64,000 nucleotides of DNA, taken from positions 10,044,001 through 10,108,000 of the forward strand of contig CM059432.1 of the NCBI GenBank assembly GCA_030390025.1. Direction: 5' to 3'. Made by a program: the position numbers and the translations under genes. This DNA is from Squalus acanthias. Taxonomy: Eukaryota. Shown one piece after another: positions 12,656 through 23,898 of this stretch (its first letter is position 1; each line of letters begins with the position of its first letter). The notes beneath the pieces were generated by a model, which saw nothing but the letters and a program-made list of their open reading frames with translations, did no database searches and was not told the DNA's origin.

Positions 12656-12777
12656 AGTGGCAGGGGGTTGGGAACCTGAGCAGGGAGACAGAGGAAAGGG
12701 AAACAAGGATAAAAGCTAAAGACAGGAAGGAGAAAAACAAAAGTAGAAGGCAAAGAACTCAACGGTTTAAATCAAAC

Positions 12778-15636
12778 ATGGTCACAGTAAATAATAATTC
12801 ATATAGGTCTGAGAACATTAAAAAAACAAGCCTGAAGGCTTTGTGTCTTAATGCAAGGAGCATTCGGAACAAGGTGGATGAATTAGCTGCGCAAATAGAG
12901 GTAAATGAATACGATTTGATTGGGATTACAGAAACATGGCTCCAGGGTGGCCAAGGCTGGGAACTCAACATCCAGGGTTATTCAATATTTAGGAATGATA
13001 GGCAAAAAAGAAAGGGAGGTGGGATAGCATTGCTGGTTAAAGAGGGGATTAACACAATTGAAAGGAAGGATATTAGCTCTGATGATGCGGAATCTGTATG
13101 GGTAGAACTGAGAAATAACAAGGGGCAGAAAACGTTAGTGGGAGTGGTATATAGACCTCCAAACAGTAATACAGAGGTTGGGGACGGGATTAAAAGGGAA
13201 ATTAGAGAAGCATGCAGTAAGGGCACAGCAGTCATCATGGGTGACTTTAATTTACATATAGATTGGGCTAACCAAATTAGTAAAAATACTGTGGAGGAGG
13301 AATTCCTAGAATGTTTACGAGATGGTTTTCTGGAACAATATGTCGAGGAACCAACCAGAGATCAGGCCATCTTAGACTGGGTATTATGTAACGAGAAAGG
13401 ATTAATTAGCAATCTTGTTGTACGAGGCCCCTTGGGTCAGAGTGATCATAATATGATAGAATTCTTCATTAGGATGGAGAGTGAAGTAGTTGAATCAGAG
13501 ACTAGGGTCCTGAATTTAAATAAAGGAAACTATGATGGTATGAGGCGCGAATTGGGTAGGATTGATTGGGGAATGTCACTCAAGGGATTGACGGTGGATA
13601 GGCAATGGTAAACATTCAAAGACTGCATGGATGAACTACAGAATTTGTTCATCACAGTGTGGCATAAGAATAAAACAAAAAGTGTGACTCAACCTTGGCT
13701 AACAAGGCAAATTAGGGATAGCATAAGATCCAAGGAGAGGGCATATAAATTGGCCAGAAAAAGCGGTAGCCCTGAGGATTGGGAGCAGTTTAGGATTCAA
13801 CAAAGGAGGACAAAGGGATTAATTAAGAAGGGGAAAATAGAATATGAAAGTAAGCTTTCTGGGAACATAAAAACTGACTGTAAGAGCTTTTATAGATATG
13901 TGAAGAGAAGATTAGTGAAATCAAGTGTAGGTCCCTTGCAGTCAGAAGCGGGGGAAGTTATAATGGGGAACAAAGAAATGGCAGCCCAATTAAATGCATA
14001 TTTTGGTTCTGTCTTCACAAAGGAGGACACAAATAACCTCCCAGAGATGTTGGAGAACATATGGTCTGATGAAAGGGAGGAACTGAAAGAAATCAGTATT
14101 TGCAGGGAAATGGTGTTAGGGAAATTGACGGTATTGAAGGCCGATAAATCCCCAGGGCCTGATAATCTACGTCCTAGGGTATTTAAGGAAGTGGCCCTAG
14201 AAATAGTAGATGCATTGCTGATCATCTTCCAACATTCGATGGAATCTGAAACTGTACCCATGGATTGGAGGGTAGCTAATGTTACCCCACTATTCAAAAA
14301 GGGTGGTAGAGAGAAAGCGGAGAATTACAGACCGGTAAGCCTGACATCGGTAGTGGGGAAAATGCTAGAGTCCATTATAAAGGATGTAATAGCTGAGCAC
14401 TTGAAAAACAGTGACAGGATCGGACAAAGTCAACATGGATTTACAAAAGGTAAATCGTGCTTGACTAATCTACTGGAATTTTTTGAGGATGTAACTGGGA
14501 AAATTGATAAGGGAGAACCAGTAGATGTGGTGTATTTGGACTTTCAAAAGGCTTTCGATAAGGTCCCGCATAAGAGATTAGCGTGTAAAGTTAAGGCACA
14601 TGGGATTGGGGGCAAGGTATTGACTTGGATAGAGAACTGGTTGGCGGACAGAAAGCAGAGAGTAGGAATTAATGGGTCTTTTTCCGAGTGGCAAGCAGTG
14701 ACTAGTGGGGTACTGCAGGGATCGGTCCTTGGACCCAAGCTATTCACAATATACATTAATGATCTAGATAAGGGAATTAAATGTAATATCTCCAAGTTTG
14801 CAGATGACACAAAGCTGGGTGGGAGTGTGTGCTGCAAGGAGGATACCGAGAAACTCCAGGATGATTTGGACAGGTTGGGTGAGTGGGCAGAAGCGTGGCA
14901 GATGCAATATAACGTGGATAAGTGCGAGGTTATCCACTTTGGTGTCAAAAACAGATAGGCAGACTATTATCTGAATGGCAATAGATTGGGAGAAGGGGAA
15001 GTGCAACGAGACCTGGGTGTCCTTGTGCACCAGTCGCTGAAAGTAAGCATGCAGGTGCAGCAGGCGGTGAAAAAGGCAAATGGTATGTTGGCCTTCATAG
15101 CGAAAGGGTTTGAGTATAGGAACAGGGATGTCCTGCTGCAGTTGTACAGGGCCTTGGTGAGACCACACCTTGAGTACTGTGTGCAGTTTTGGTCACCTTA
15201 TCTGAGGAAGGATGTTCTTGCCATGGAAGGAGTTCAGCGAAGATTCACTAGGCTGATACCTGGGATGGCAGGAATGACATATGAGGAGAGATTGGGTCGA
15301 TTGGGCTTATACTCAATGGAGTATAGAAGAATGAGAGGGGATCTCATCGAAACATATAAAATTCTGACAGGTCTGGACAAACTAGATGCAGGAAGAATGT
15401 TCCCGATGGTCGGAGAGTCCAGAACCAGGGGTCATAATCTACGGATAACGGGTAAACCATTTAGGACAGAAATGAGGAAGAATTTCTTCACCCAGAGAGT
15501 GGTGAACCTGTGGAATTCTCTACCACAGAAGGTAGTTGAGGCAAAGTCATTAAATATATTCAAGGATGAGTTAGATATATTTCTTAAAGCTAAAGGTATC
15601 AAGGGATATGGGGAGAAGGCAGGTACAGGGTACTGA
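12778..15636 (+). pseudogene. CR1 A ORF2p, APE endonuclease and reverse transcriptase
   Basis: LNARSIRNK, IGITETWL, YRPP, GDFN, SDHN, then RT motifs. The three ORF-track pieces are all in one frame with two in-frame stops (13609, 14956). Confidence 0.93.
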
Positions 15637-16499
15637 GTTTAGATGATCAGCCATGATCTCATCGAATGGCAGAGCAGGCTCGAGGGGCCGAATGACCTAC
15701 TCCTGCTCCTATCTTCTATGTTTCTATGGTTGGGAGGTGCTGCCGAGGAAGCCTTGGCGAGTTGCTGCAGTGCATCTTGTAGATGGTGCACACTGCAGCC
15801 ACGGTACGCCGGTGGTGGAGGGAGTGAATATTTAAGGTGGTGGATGGGGTGCCAATCAAACGGGTTGCTTTGTCCTGGATGATGTCGAACTTCTTGAGTG
15901 TTGTTGCAGCTGCACTCATCCAGGCAAGTGGAGAGTATTCCATCACACTCCTTACTTGTGCCTTCTAAATGGTGGAATTCTTTGGGGCGTCAGGAGGTGA
16001 GACACTCACCGCAGAATACCCAGCCTCTGACCTGCTCTTTTTGCTACAGTATATATGTGGCTGGTCCAGTTAAGCTTCTGGTCAATGGTGACCCCCAGGA
16101 TGTTGATGGTGGGGGATTCGGCGATGGTAATGCCATTGAATGTCAAGGGGAGGTGGTTAGACTCTCGCTTGTTGGAGATAGTCATTGCCTGGCACTTCTG
16201 TGGTGCGAATGTTACCTGCCACTTCGCAGCCCAAGCCTGAACGTCTTCCAGGTCTTGTTGCATGCGGGCATGGACTGCTTCATTATCTGAGGAGTTGTGA
16301 ATGGCGCTGAACACTGTGCAGTCATCAGCGAACATCCCCATTTCTGACCTTATGTTGGAGGGAAGGTCATTGATGAAGCAGATGAAGATGGTTGGGCCTA
16401 GGACACTGCTCTGAGGAACTCCTGCAGCGATGTCCTGGGGCTGTGATGATTGACCTTCAATCACCACAACCATCTTACTTTGTGCTAGGTATGACTCCA

Positions 16500-18386
16500 G
16501 TGAGTGTGAGTGAGTGTGTATGTGAGAGTGTGTGTGTCTGTGAGTGTGTGAGTGTGAGTGAGTGAGTGTGTGCGTGTGTGTGAGTGAGTGTGTGAGTGAG
16601 TGTGAGTTTGTGTGTGTGAGTGTGAGTGTGTGAGTGTGTGTGAGTGTGAGTGTGTGTGTGTGAGTGTGAGTGTGTTTGAGTGTGTGTGAGTGTGTGAGTG
16701 TGAGTGAGTGTGAGTGTGAGTGAGTGTGTGAGTGAGTGTGAGTGTGTGTATGTGTGAGTGAGTGTGTGAGTGTGAGTGAGAGTGAGTGTGTGAGTGTGGG
16801 TGTGTGTGAGAGTGTGTGAGTGAGTGTGAGTGTGTGTGTGAGTGTGTGTGAGTGTGAGTGTGTGTGTGAGTGAGTCTGTGTGTGAGTAAGTGTGTGCGTG
16901 AGTGTGAGTGTGAGTGAGTGTGTGAGTGTGTGTGAGAGTGAGTGTGTGAGTGTGGGTGTGTGTGAGAGTGTGTGAGTGAGTGTGAGTGTGTGTGTGAGTG
17001 TGTGTGTGAGTGTGAGTGTGTGTGTGAGTGAGTCTGTGTGTGAGTAAGTGTGTGAGTGTGTGTGAGTGAGTGTGTGTGTGAGTGTGTGTGAGTGTGTGAG
17101 TGTGTGTGTGTGAGTGTGTGTGTGAGAGTGTGAGTGTGTGAGTGTGTGAGTGTGTGTGTGAGTGAGTGAGTGTGTGTGTGAGTGTGAGTGTGTGTGAGTG
17201 TGTGAGTGTGTTTGTGAGTGTGTGTGTGAGTGTGTGAGTGTGTGTGTGAGTGAGTGTGTGTATGATTGAGTGTGTGAGTGTGAGTGTAAGTGTGTGTGAG
17301 TGTGTGTGAGTGAGTGTGTATGTGAGTGTGTGTGTGTGTGTGAGTGAGTGTGAGTGTGTGTGTGAGTGTGTGTGTGTGTGTGTGAGTGAGTGTGAGTGTG
17401 TGTGTGTGAGTGTGCGTGAGTGAGTGTGTGTGTGTGTGTGTGTGTGAGTGTGTGTGAGTGAGTGTGTGTGTGTGTGAGTGAGTGTGTGAGTGTGTGTGAG
17501 TGAGTGTGTGTGTGTGAGTGTGTGTGTGAGTGTGTGAGTGTGAGTGTGTGAGTGTGTGTGAGTGAGTGTGTGCGTGTGTGAGTGAGTGTGTGAGTGAGTG
17601 TGTGTGTGTGTGTCTGTGAGTGTGTGTGAGTGTGTGTGTGTGAGTGTGTGAGTGTGAGTGTGAGTGAGTGTGTGAGTGAGTGTGAGTGAGTGTGTGTGTG
17701 TCTGTGAGTGTATGAGTGAGTGTGTGAGTGTGTGTGTGTGTGAGTGTGTGAGTGTGAGTGTGTGAGTGTGTGTGAGTGAGTGTGTGCGTGTGTGAGTGAG
17801 TGTGTGAGTGAGTGTGTGTGTGTGTGTCTGTGAGTGTGTGTGAGTGTGTGTGTGTGAGTGTGTGAGTGTGAGTGTGAGTGAGTGTGTGAGTGAGTGTGAG
17901 TGAGTGTGTGTGTGTCTGTGAGTGTATGAGTGAGTGTGTGTGTGTCTGTGAGTGTGAGTGTGAGTGTGAGTGTGTGTGTGTGTGTCTGTGAGTGTGTGTG
18001 TGTGTGAGTGTATGAGTGAGTGTGAGTGTGTGAGTGTGTGTGAGTGTGTGTGTGTGTCTGTGAGTGTGTGAGTGTGAGTGTGTGAGTGTGTGAGTGAGTG
18101 TGTGTGTCTGTGAGTGTATGAGTGAGTGTGAGTGTGTGAGTGTGTGTGAGTGTGTGTGTGTGTCTGTGAGTGTGTGAGTGAGTGTGAGTGTGTCTGTGAG
18201 TGTGTGAGTGTGTGTGAGTGAGTGTGTGTGTCTGTGAGTGTGTGAGTGTGTGTGAGTGAGTGTGTGTGTCTGTGAGTGTATGAGTGAGTGTGAGTGTATG
18301 AGTGAGTGTGTGTGTGTCTGTGAGTGTGTGAGTGTGTGTGAGTGAGTGTGTGTGTCTGTGAGTGTATGAGTGAGTGTGAGTGTGTG
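16500..18386. repeat. Compound (GT)n/(GAGT)n microsatellite, about 1.9 kb
   Basis: Almost pure GTGT/GAGT units with GTCT and GTAT variants. A short piece of the same repeat lies at 8915-8945. Confidence 0.98.
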
Positions 18387-18389
18387 CGC

Positions 18390-19800
18390 CTCTTGCACCC
18401 TCCTCCTGAGGTGGGGATGGAGCCTCTTCTCTCGCTTCTTCATCCTCTCCATTTCCTTCAGCTTGAGGAAGTACTAATCCTTCCTGCATGTGGATATTAT
18501 GCTGAGCACAGCAAGCGACAATGATTCTGGAGACTCTTGCTGAACTGCACTGCAGGGCATCACCCGATTTACCCAGACACCTAAAACAAGACGTCCCAAT
18601 GACTGTGGCTGCTCTATTAAAACTCTCGTAGTCCCGTGGGCTTCATTATGCTGGTTCTCTACCTCTGCCTGCAGATGCCTTACTGGAGTCATAAGCCATA
18701 ACTGCAGTGGGATGTGCCTGATCACCAGTCAACCATTGCTCCAAGTCATCTGGTATATGAGATTGTCAAATGATAAAGTGCTGTGACAGCTTCATTGCTG
18801 GGGGGTATTAACATGCACGATAAGGTAATTGGCACCACACCGTACCTGGTCGTAATTTTGAGTGAACGCCTTGCCTAGTAATGAAACTGAAGGGGCTGTC
18901 GTCTGGAGATTTCAAGCCTAAATGTGCTCTGTCAGTTGGTCCGTACACCTGTGGGAAGCCGACTCTATCTATAGAATTGGACTGCTCGCTCTCTTTGTAC
19001 TCAGCTTTCAAGGAGAAGGTAATAAACGGCGAGACCTTCAACAACAACTTGTATTTATATAGCGCCTTTAACGTAGCAAAACGTCCCAAGGTGCATCACA
19101 GGCGCGTTATCAGATAAAAATTTGACACCGAGTCACATAAAGCGATATTAGGACATGTGACCAAAAGCTTGGTCAAAGAGGTAGGTTTTAAGGAGCGTCT
19201 TAAAGGAGGAGAGAGAGGTAGCGAGGCGGAGAGGTTTAGGCAGAGAATTCCAGAGTTTAGGGCCTGGGTGGCTGAAGGCACGGCCACCAATGGTGGAGCG
19301 ATGAAAATCAGGGAGGCGCAAGAGGCCAGAATTGGAGGAGCGCAGAGATCTCGGGGGGGTAGTAGGGCTGGAGGAAATGACAGAGATAGGGAGGGGGGCG
19401 AGGCCATGGAGGGATTTGAAAACAAGGATGAGCATTTTAAAATCGAGGCGTTGCTGGACTGTGAGCCCATGTAGGTGAGCGAGCACAGGGGGAGATGGGT
19501 GAATGGGACATGGCACGAGCCGGGTTACAGGCTGCAGAGTTTTGCCTTTCTTTATCAAATGGTGTGCTGCCGCCTCTCTAATGTCGCAAAGATTACCCGA
19601 AGCTGCCTGGAAGAACTCACTGGAGATGAACAAATCAAGGCAGCGACAGACTATGTCCTTCTGCTATGTTCCTCCAGCCTCTGGCATAATTCTCCAAAAG
19701 CCTCTGGCAGGACGAGGGGAAATCGTAATCCTCCGAGGCAGTGACAGGCAGAGAAAAAGAAATAAGAACCTTCTCGGTCTGTAAACCCGTGAGCATCGAT
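18390..19800 (-). pseudogene. Decayed PIF/Harbinger (HARBI1-like DDE) transposase, interrupted by an L2
   Basis: Ordered minus-strand blocks: SYFFFSACHCLGGLRF..ELCQRLE; LFISSEFFQAASGNLCDIREAAAHH; [L2]; GFPQVYGPTDRAHLGLKSP..FITRQGVHS; PLQLWLMTPV..HNEAHGTTRVLIEQ; FRCLGKSGDALQCSSARVSRIIVACCAQHNI, then an acidic tail. Confidence 0.85.
19039..19544 (-). mobile_element. L2 LINE 3' end
   Basis: PVLAHLHGLTVQQRLDFKMLILVFKSLHGLAP..RSLRSS..GGRAFS..PKLWNSLP..FKTLLKTYLF, with tail GCGCTATATAAATACAAG(TTG)n. Confidence 0.9.
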
Positions 19801-19877
19801 GTGTAGGAACGAAAAGATCTTCACTTTATAAGCCTCCCGCCCAGCCTCTTCCATATCCCCATCCTCTTTCTCTTCAT

Positions 19878-20089
19878 GATGTGGAGATGCCGGTGTTGGA
19901 CTGGGGTGGACAAATGTGAGAAGTCGCACAACACCAGGTTATAGTCCAACAGTTTTATTTGAAATCACAAGCTTTCGGAGCGCTGCTCCTTCGTCAGGTG
20001 AAGTCACCTGACGAAGGAGCAGCGCTCTGAAAGCTTGTGATTTCAAATAAAGCTGTTGGACTATAACCTGGTGTTGTGCGACTTCTCAC
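19878..20089. mobile_element. Penelope-like element terminus with inverted pseudo-LTR
   Basis: 86-bp inverted arms (19916-20001 and 20004-20089, 2 mismatches). 12-bp TSD CTTTCTCTTCAT at 19866-19877 and 20090-20101. Each arm has a hammerhead core. Confidence 0.85.
20002..20042 (+). ncRNA. Minimal type I hammerhead ribozyme motif (mirror copy on minus strand at about 19963-20001)
   Basis: AGTCAC-CTGACGA-A-GGAGC AGC GCTCT-GAAA-GC-TT-GTGATT: stem I, catalytic core, stem II, and palindromic AAGCTT stem III. Confidence 0.75.
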
Positions 20090-20124
20090 CTTTCTCTTCA
20101 TAGCATGGGAATAACAGCATGTTA

Positions 20125-20745
20125 ACATGCAGGTACAGCAAGCAATTAGGAAGGCAAATGATATGTCAATCTTTATTGCAAGGGGGTTGAAGTATAAGAG
20201 TAGGCCTTTGGTGAGACCACACCTGGAGTACTGGGCACAGTTTTGGTCTCCTTACCTAAGGAAGGATATACTTACCTTAGAGGGAGTGCAAAGAAGGTTC
20301 ACTAGATTGGTTCCTGGGATGAGAGGGTTGTCCAATGAGGACAGATTGAGTACAATGAGCTTATATTCTCCGGAGTTTAGAAGAATGAGAGATGATCTCA
20401 TGGAAACATGAAATTTCTAAAGGGATTGACAGGGTAGATACTGAGAGGCTGTTTCCTCTGGCTGGAGTGTCTAGAACCAGGGGGCATAGTCTCAGAATAA
20501 GGGGTCGGCCATTTAAGACTGAGATGAGGAGAAATTTCTTCACTCGGAGGGTTGTGAATCTTTGGAATTCTCTACCCCAGAGGGCAGTGGATGCTCAGTC
20601 GTTGAGTGTATTCAAGACAGAGATCGATGGATTTTTGAATATTATGGGAATCAAGGGACATGGGGATAGTGCAGGAAAGTGGAGTTGTGGTCAAAGATCA
20701 GCCATGATCTTATTGAATGGGCTCGAGGGGCCGTATGGTCTTATG
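20125..20745 (+). mobile_element. CR1 3' fragment
   Basis: MQVQQAIRKAN..RPHLEY..RTRGHSLRIRG..WNSLP, followed by a partial 3' UTR. Confidence 0.92.
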
Positions 20746-21021
20746 AGAGATTCCCATTAGAAAATCCGTTGCCCAAGTAGAGAAAATTTACTTTCTCAAG
20801 TGCTCATGAAAGCTGTCATCTGAAGTCCTCTGAGAAGTTCCACAGCAGGAACCAGCCGAACATTACTGTGGGTAAAATTTCTGCAGGCTTCAGTCAGGAA
20901 ATTCAACATTGACTCCTCCGTGCAGTATCGCCTCGTTGCTCCTCATACCACCTGTTACATGGTGCCGATACTCACAGAGGGTGGGGGAAATGATGTGTGG
21001 GGAGCTAGGCCATGCAAACCA

Positions 21022-21428
21022 ACCCGTATTAAGTTCAACATATTTCAGATCATCACCACATTTTCGTGGACAGCAGGTTTATGGTGATGATTCTGCTGTT
21101 GCCATTTACACCTCCTCCAGACCCATCTTTTGTTTCTTCACTTGTCCCCTTTAGCCTCGCACCATCATCCCTTTTGTCATTTAATCACTCCTGCCTTCCG
21201 CCCTATCCCAGACCTTCCCTTTAGTTCTTTCCTCCCCTCTCCCCATTCCCCTTGCCTAAAACCTGTTTACAGCTCTAACTTTTTTCCAGTGCTGACGAAA
21301 GGTCATCGACCTGAAACGTTAACTCTGTTGCTCCCCCCTCCCACAGACGCTGCCCGACCTGCTGAGTGTTTCCAGCATTTTCTGTTTTTATTTCAGATTT
21401 CCACCCTCTGCAGTATTTTGCTTTTGTA
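21022..21428 (+). mobile_element. Penelope-like element 3' end with hammerhead motif (21287-21326)
   Basis: Colinear with 54225-54690. Contains CTGACGA-A-AGGTC ATC GACCT-GAAA-CG-TT-AACT. Confidence 0.8.
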
Positions 21429-21511
21429 ACCTGTATTTATGTCTGTCGGAATGGGCTGTGGGCAGGTGGGACTGTAGACTGGCAGGTTTCCAGGAGAAGA
21501 ACATTTTTTAA

Positions 21512-21991
21512 AATGTATTCGTTTATGGGATGTGGGTGTCGCTGGCAAGGTCAGCATTTATTGCCCATCCCTAATTGCTCTTGAGAAGGTGGTGGTGAGC
21601 TGCCTTCTTGGACCGCTGCAGTCTGTCTGGTGAAGGTACTAATACAGTGCTGACTTTGTCTTAGCAGTTTGAGTGGCTTGCTAGGCCCATTTCAGAGGGC
21701 AGTTAAGAGTCAACCACATTGCTGTGGGTTTAGAGTCACCTATAGGCCAGACCGGGTAAGGACGGCAGATTTCCTTCCCTAAAGGGCATTACTGAACCAG
21801 ATGGGTTTTTACGACAGTCCGGTAGTTTCATGGTCGCCATTACTGCTACTAGCTTTTTAATTCCAGATTTATTTAATTAACTGAATTTAAATTTCCCAGC
21901 TGCCGTGGTGGGATTTGAACTCATGTTTAAGCAGATTATTAGTCCAGGCCTCTAGATCACTAGTCCAGTAATATAACCGCAGTGCTACCGT
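21512..21991 (-). mobile_element. tRNA-derived SINE (possibly MetaSINE-like) with a LINE-derived tail
   Basis: Minus strand has an A-box-like TAGCACTGCGG, a B box GTTCAAATC, and a central AAAAACCCATCTGGTTCAGTAATGCCCTTTAGGGAAGGAAATCTGCC. The last 140 bp or so match the LINE end at 8950-9100. Confidence 0.78.
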
Positions 21992-22616
21992 AGCCCAATG
22001 TTGCCGCAACGTTTGTGGGAAATATTGTGGCGAGAAGCCGTAACACCCCATTTTACTGCTTTCAGCCTGAAAATGACAGTAAGAAGCAGGAAAATCCAGG
22101 TTAGTGCGATGCCTGCGCTTAACCAACCGTTCACTATTTTTGTTAATTGGATGGACACTACTAAAGCCATCAGAGGTCAAGTGTGTAATAAATTCTCGGC
22201 AATATGGCCCTCCATTTCTCCGTTAATGAGAGCAGTTCGGTACAACTTCCAGCAAGTGGTAAAATGGTCCTGCAGGATTCTGGTTTTCTCTATTTCGGAA
22301 CACTTTGGGAATAGAGCGCCAACACTCGGCCCTGCTGGCCGGAGACAAGGCCGTGAACTGGCATTACCAGTGCTGTGTCTCCTAACTCTAACTTGTTTAG
22401 GTAAGATAAGTTGGGATAACTTGGCGATGAGGCCATCTTCTATCTCATTTTACTACCACTACTTCTCGCAGACTCTCTTTCCTTAGGCCTCTCCCTAAAT
22501 TATTACCACGAGAATCGATCTAGACGGGACCTTAGCTGCTTTACAGTCCCCACCACTTACACCGCCCACGCTTATCATGGGGCAAATGGCGCTAACCATT
22601 TGCCATTACAACAGGA

Positions 22617-22750
22617 GAAAGAAAGAAAGAAAGAAAGAATGAAAGAAAGATTCGCATTTATATAGCGCCTTCCACGACCTCAGGACTTCCCAAAGCGCTT
22701 TACAGCCAATGAAGTACCTTTGAAGTGTTGTCACTGCTGCAATGTGGGAA
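22617..22750 (-). mobile_element. DeuSINE 3' fragment with (TTTC)n tail
   Basis: Matches 4600-4690 and is preceded on plus by (GAAA)n. Confidence 0.75.
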
Positions 22751-23143
22751 GTTGCAAAGGCGCCACTTCTAACATTAAGCATGCCGTCTGTTTCGGGCAG
22801 TTCAATCGGTTCCTCAATAAGTTTGCACCTGGTTAATCCCCCGTATTTGTGAAATCGACCCTTTGTCTTGGTAATTGGATTCATCAAGGGCTTCAAAATA
22901 GAGCCGTGAACGGGGGCAGAGGAAGGGAGGAACTTGCAGTCGAAAGTGGCCGTGAATTCACTGGCTGCCGCTTACTCTTTAGGACGTGAATATTGTTTTT
23001 GATTTCAGCCTGTCGAGAATACGTCAGTCTGTTAGAGCAACAGAATGAGGAGGCTTAACTTTAAAGGGGTTAACTGCTCATAACGGGCAAATCGCGTTAT
23101 CACCAACGCAACCGGTGGGGACTCGATAGGAATCATTTTCTTT

Positions 23144-23397
23144 CATAGAATCTTACAGCACAGAAGGAGGTCATTCGGCCCATCGTGCCTGTGCCGGCTC
23201 TTTGAAAGAATCACCCAATTAGTCCCACTCCCCCCCTGCTCTTTCCCCCATTGCCCTGCAAGTTCTCGTCCCCTCAAGGATTTATCCCATTCCCTTTTGA
23301 AAGTTACTATTCAATCTGCTTCCACCACCCTTTCAGGCAGTGCGTTTCAGATCATAACTCGCTGCGTTAAAAAAAAAAATTCTCATCTCACCTCTGG
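23144..23397 (-). mobile_element. CR1-type 3' fragment
   Basis: Reverse of FFNAAS..LPERVVEADS. Near-identical to 61520-61700. Confidence 0.75.
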
Positions 23398-23898
23398 CTG
23401 AAGCAGTTAAAAAAACGACTGGAATGGAATGGTTTGGTGCTGACAGGTGGTTGAAGCGAAAGGTTGCCACGATGCGGAAGGTACATCTACTGGGCATTAA
23501 ATATGCATGTTTTTTGGATTTATGCCACCGTGAAGAAAATTTGCATCTTGAGTGAAATTGGATTTTCTGAGCGAAATTAGAGGTTAAGAACCTGCTGCTC
23601 ACTCAGGAAAGAAACAACACTCATGGGGACATCCAGCCCCGTGGGGTAGGCCCGTGGTCACAGATGCACGTGCCCTTCATTGAGCGACGGAGATAGCCCT
23701 TCCTCCCAAGGCCATTCAATCGCAAGACTTTGTGCACACGCTCCAAACAACCACCACTGGACGACTAAACAAGCCTCCCACGCTCCACTGGTAGATTTGT
23801 AAACAATACACCTACTGCAGACTACATTAGTAATTGGAGAACAGTTTCCACCATGGCTGGTTGTCTCTGTAACTAACAATCGGCTGATGGAATCAATG

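Larger units (their letters stand above)
9250..15727 (+). mobile_element. Young CR1 LINE A: ORF1 esterase, ORF2 (EN+RT) and 3' UTR, carrying nested CR1 B
   Basis: ORF1 SGNH/GDSL motifs IVIGDSIVRG, CLPGARV, VHIGTNDI, continuing after the insertion to DGLHL. ORF2 follows. Tail TTCTATG x2. Confidence 0.93.
8946..16499 (-). mobile_element. Poly(A)-tailed CR1/L2-superclade LINE, 5'-truncated, split by nested CR1s (own sequence 8946-9249 and 15728-16499)
   Basis: Minus-strand RT AGVPQSSVLGPTIFICFINDLP...MFADDCTV...QDLEDVQAWA and MEYSPLAW. Poly(T) at about 8946. The two halves join to match the uninterrupted copy at 63481-63520 (GAGGTCGCGGGTTTGGGAGG). Confidence 0.88.

Noticed and set aside
16006..18489. 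827-aa and 655-aa His/Thr-rich ORFs
   Set aside because: These are translations of the CA/CACT microsatellite, fortuitously joining a Harbinger tail to a LINE RT fragment.
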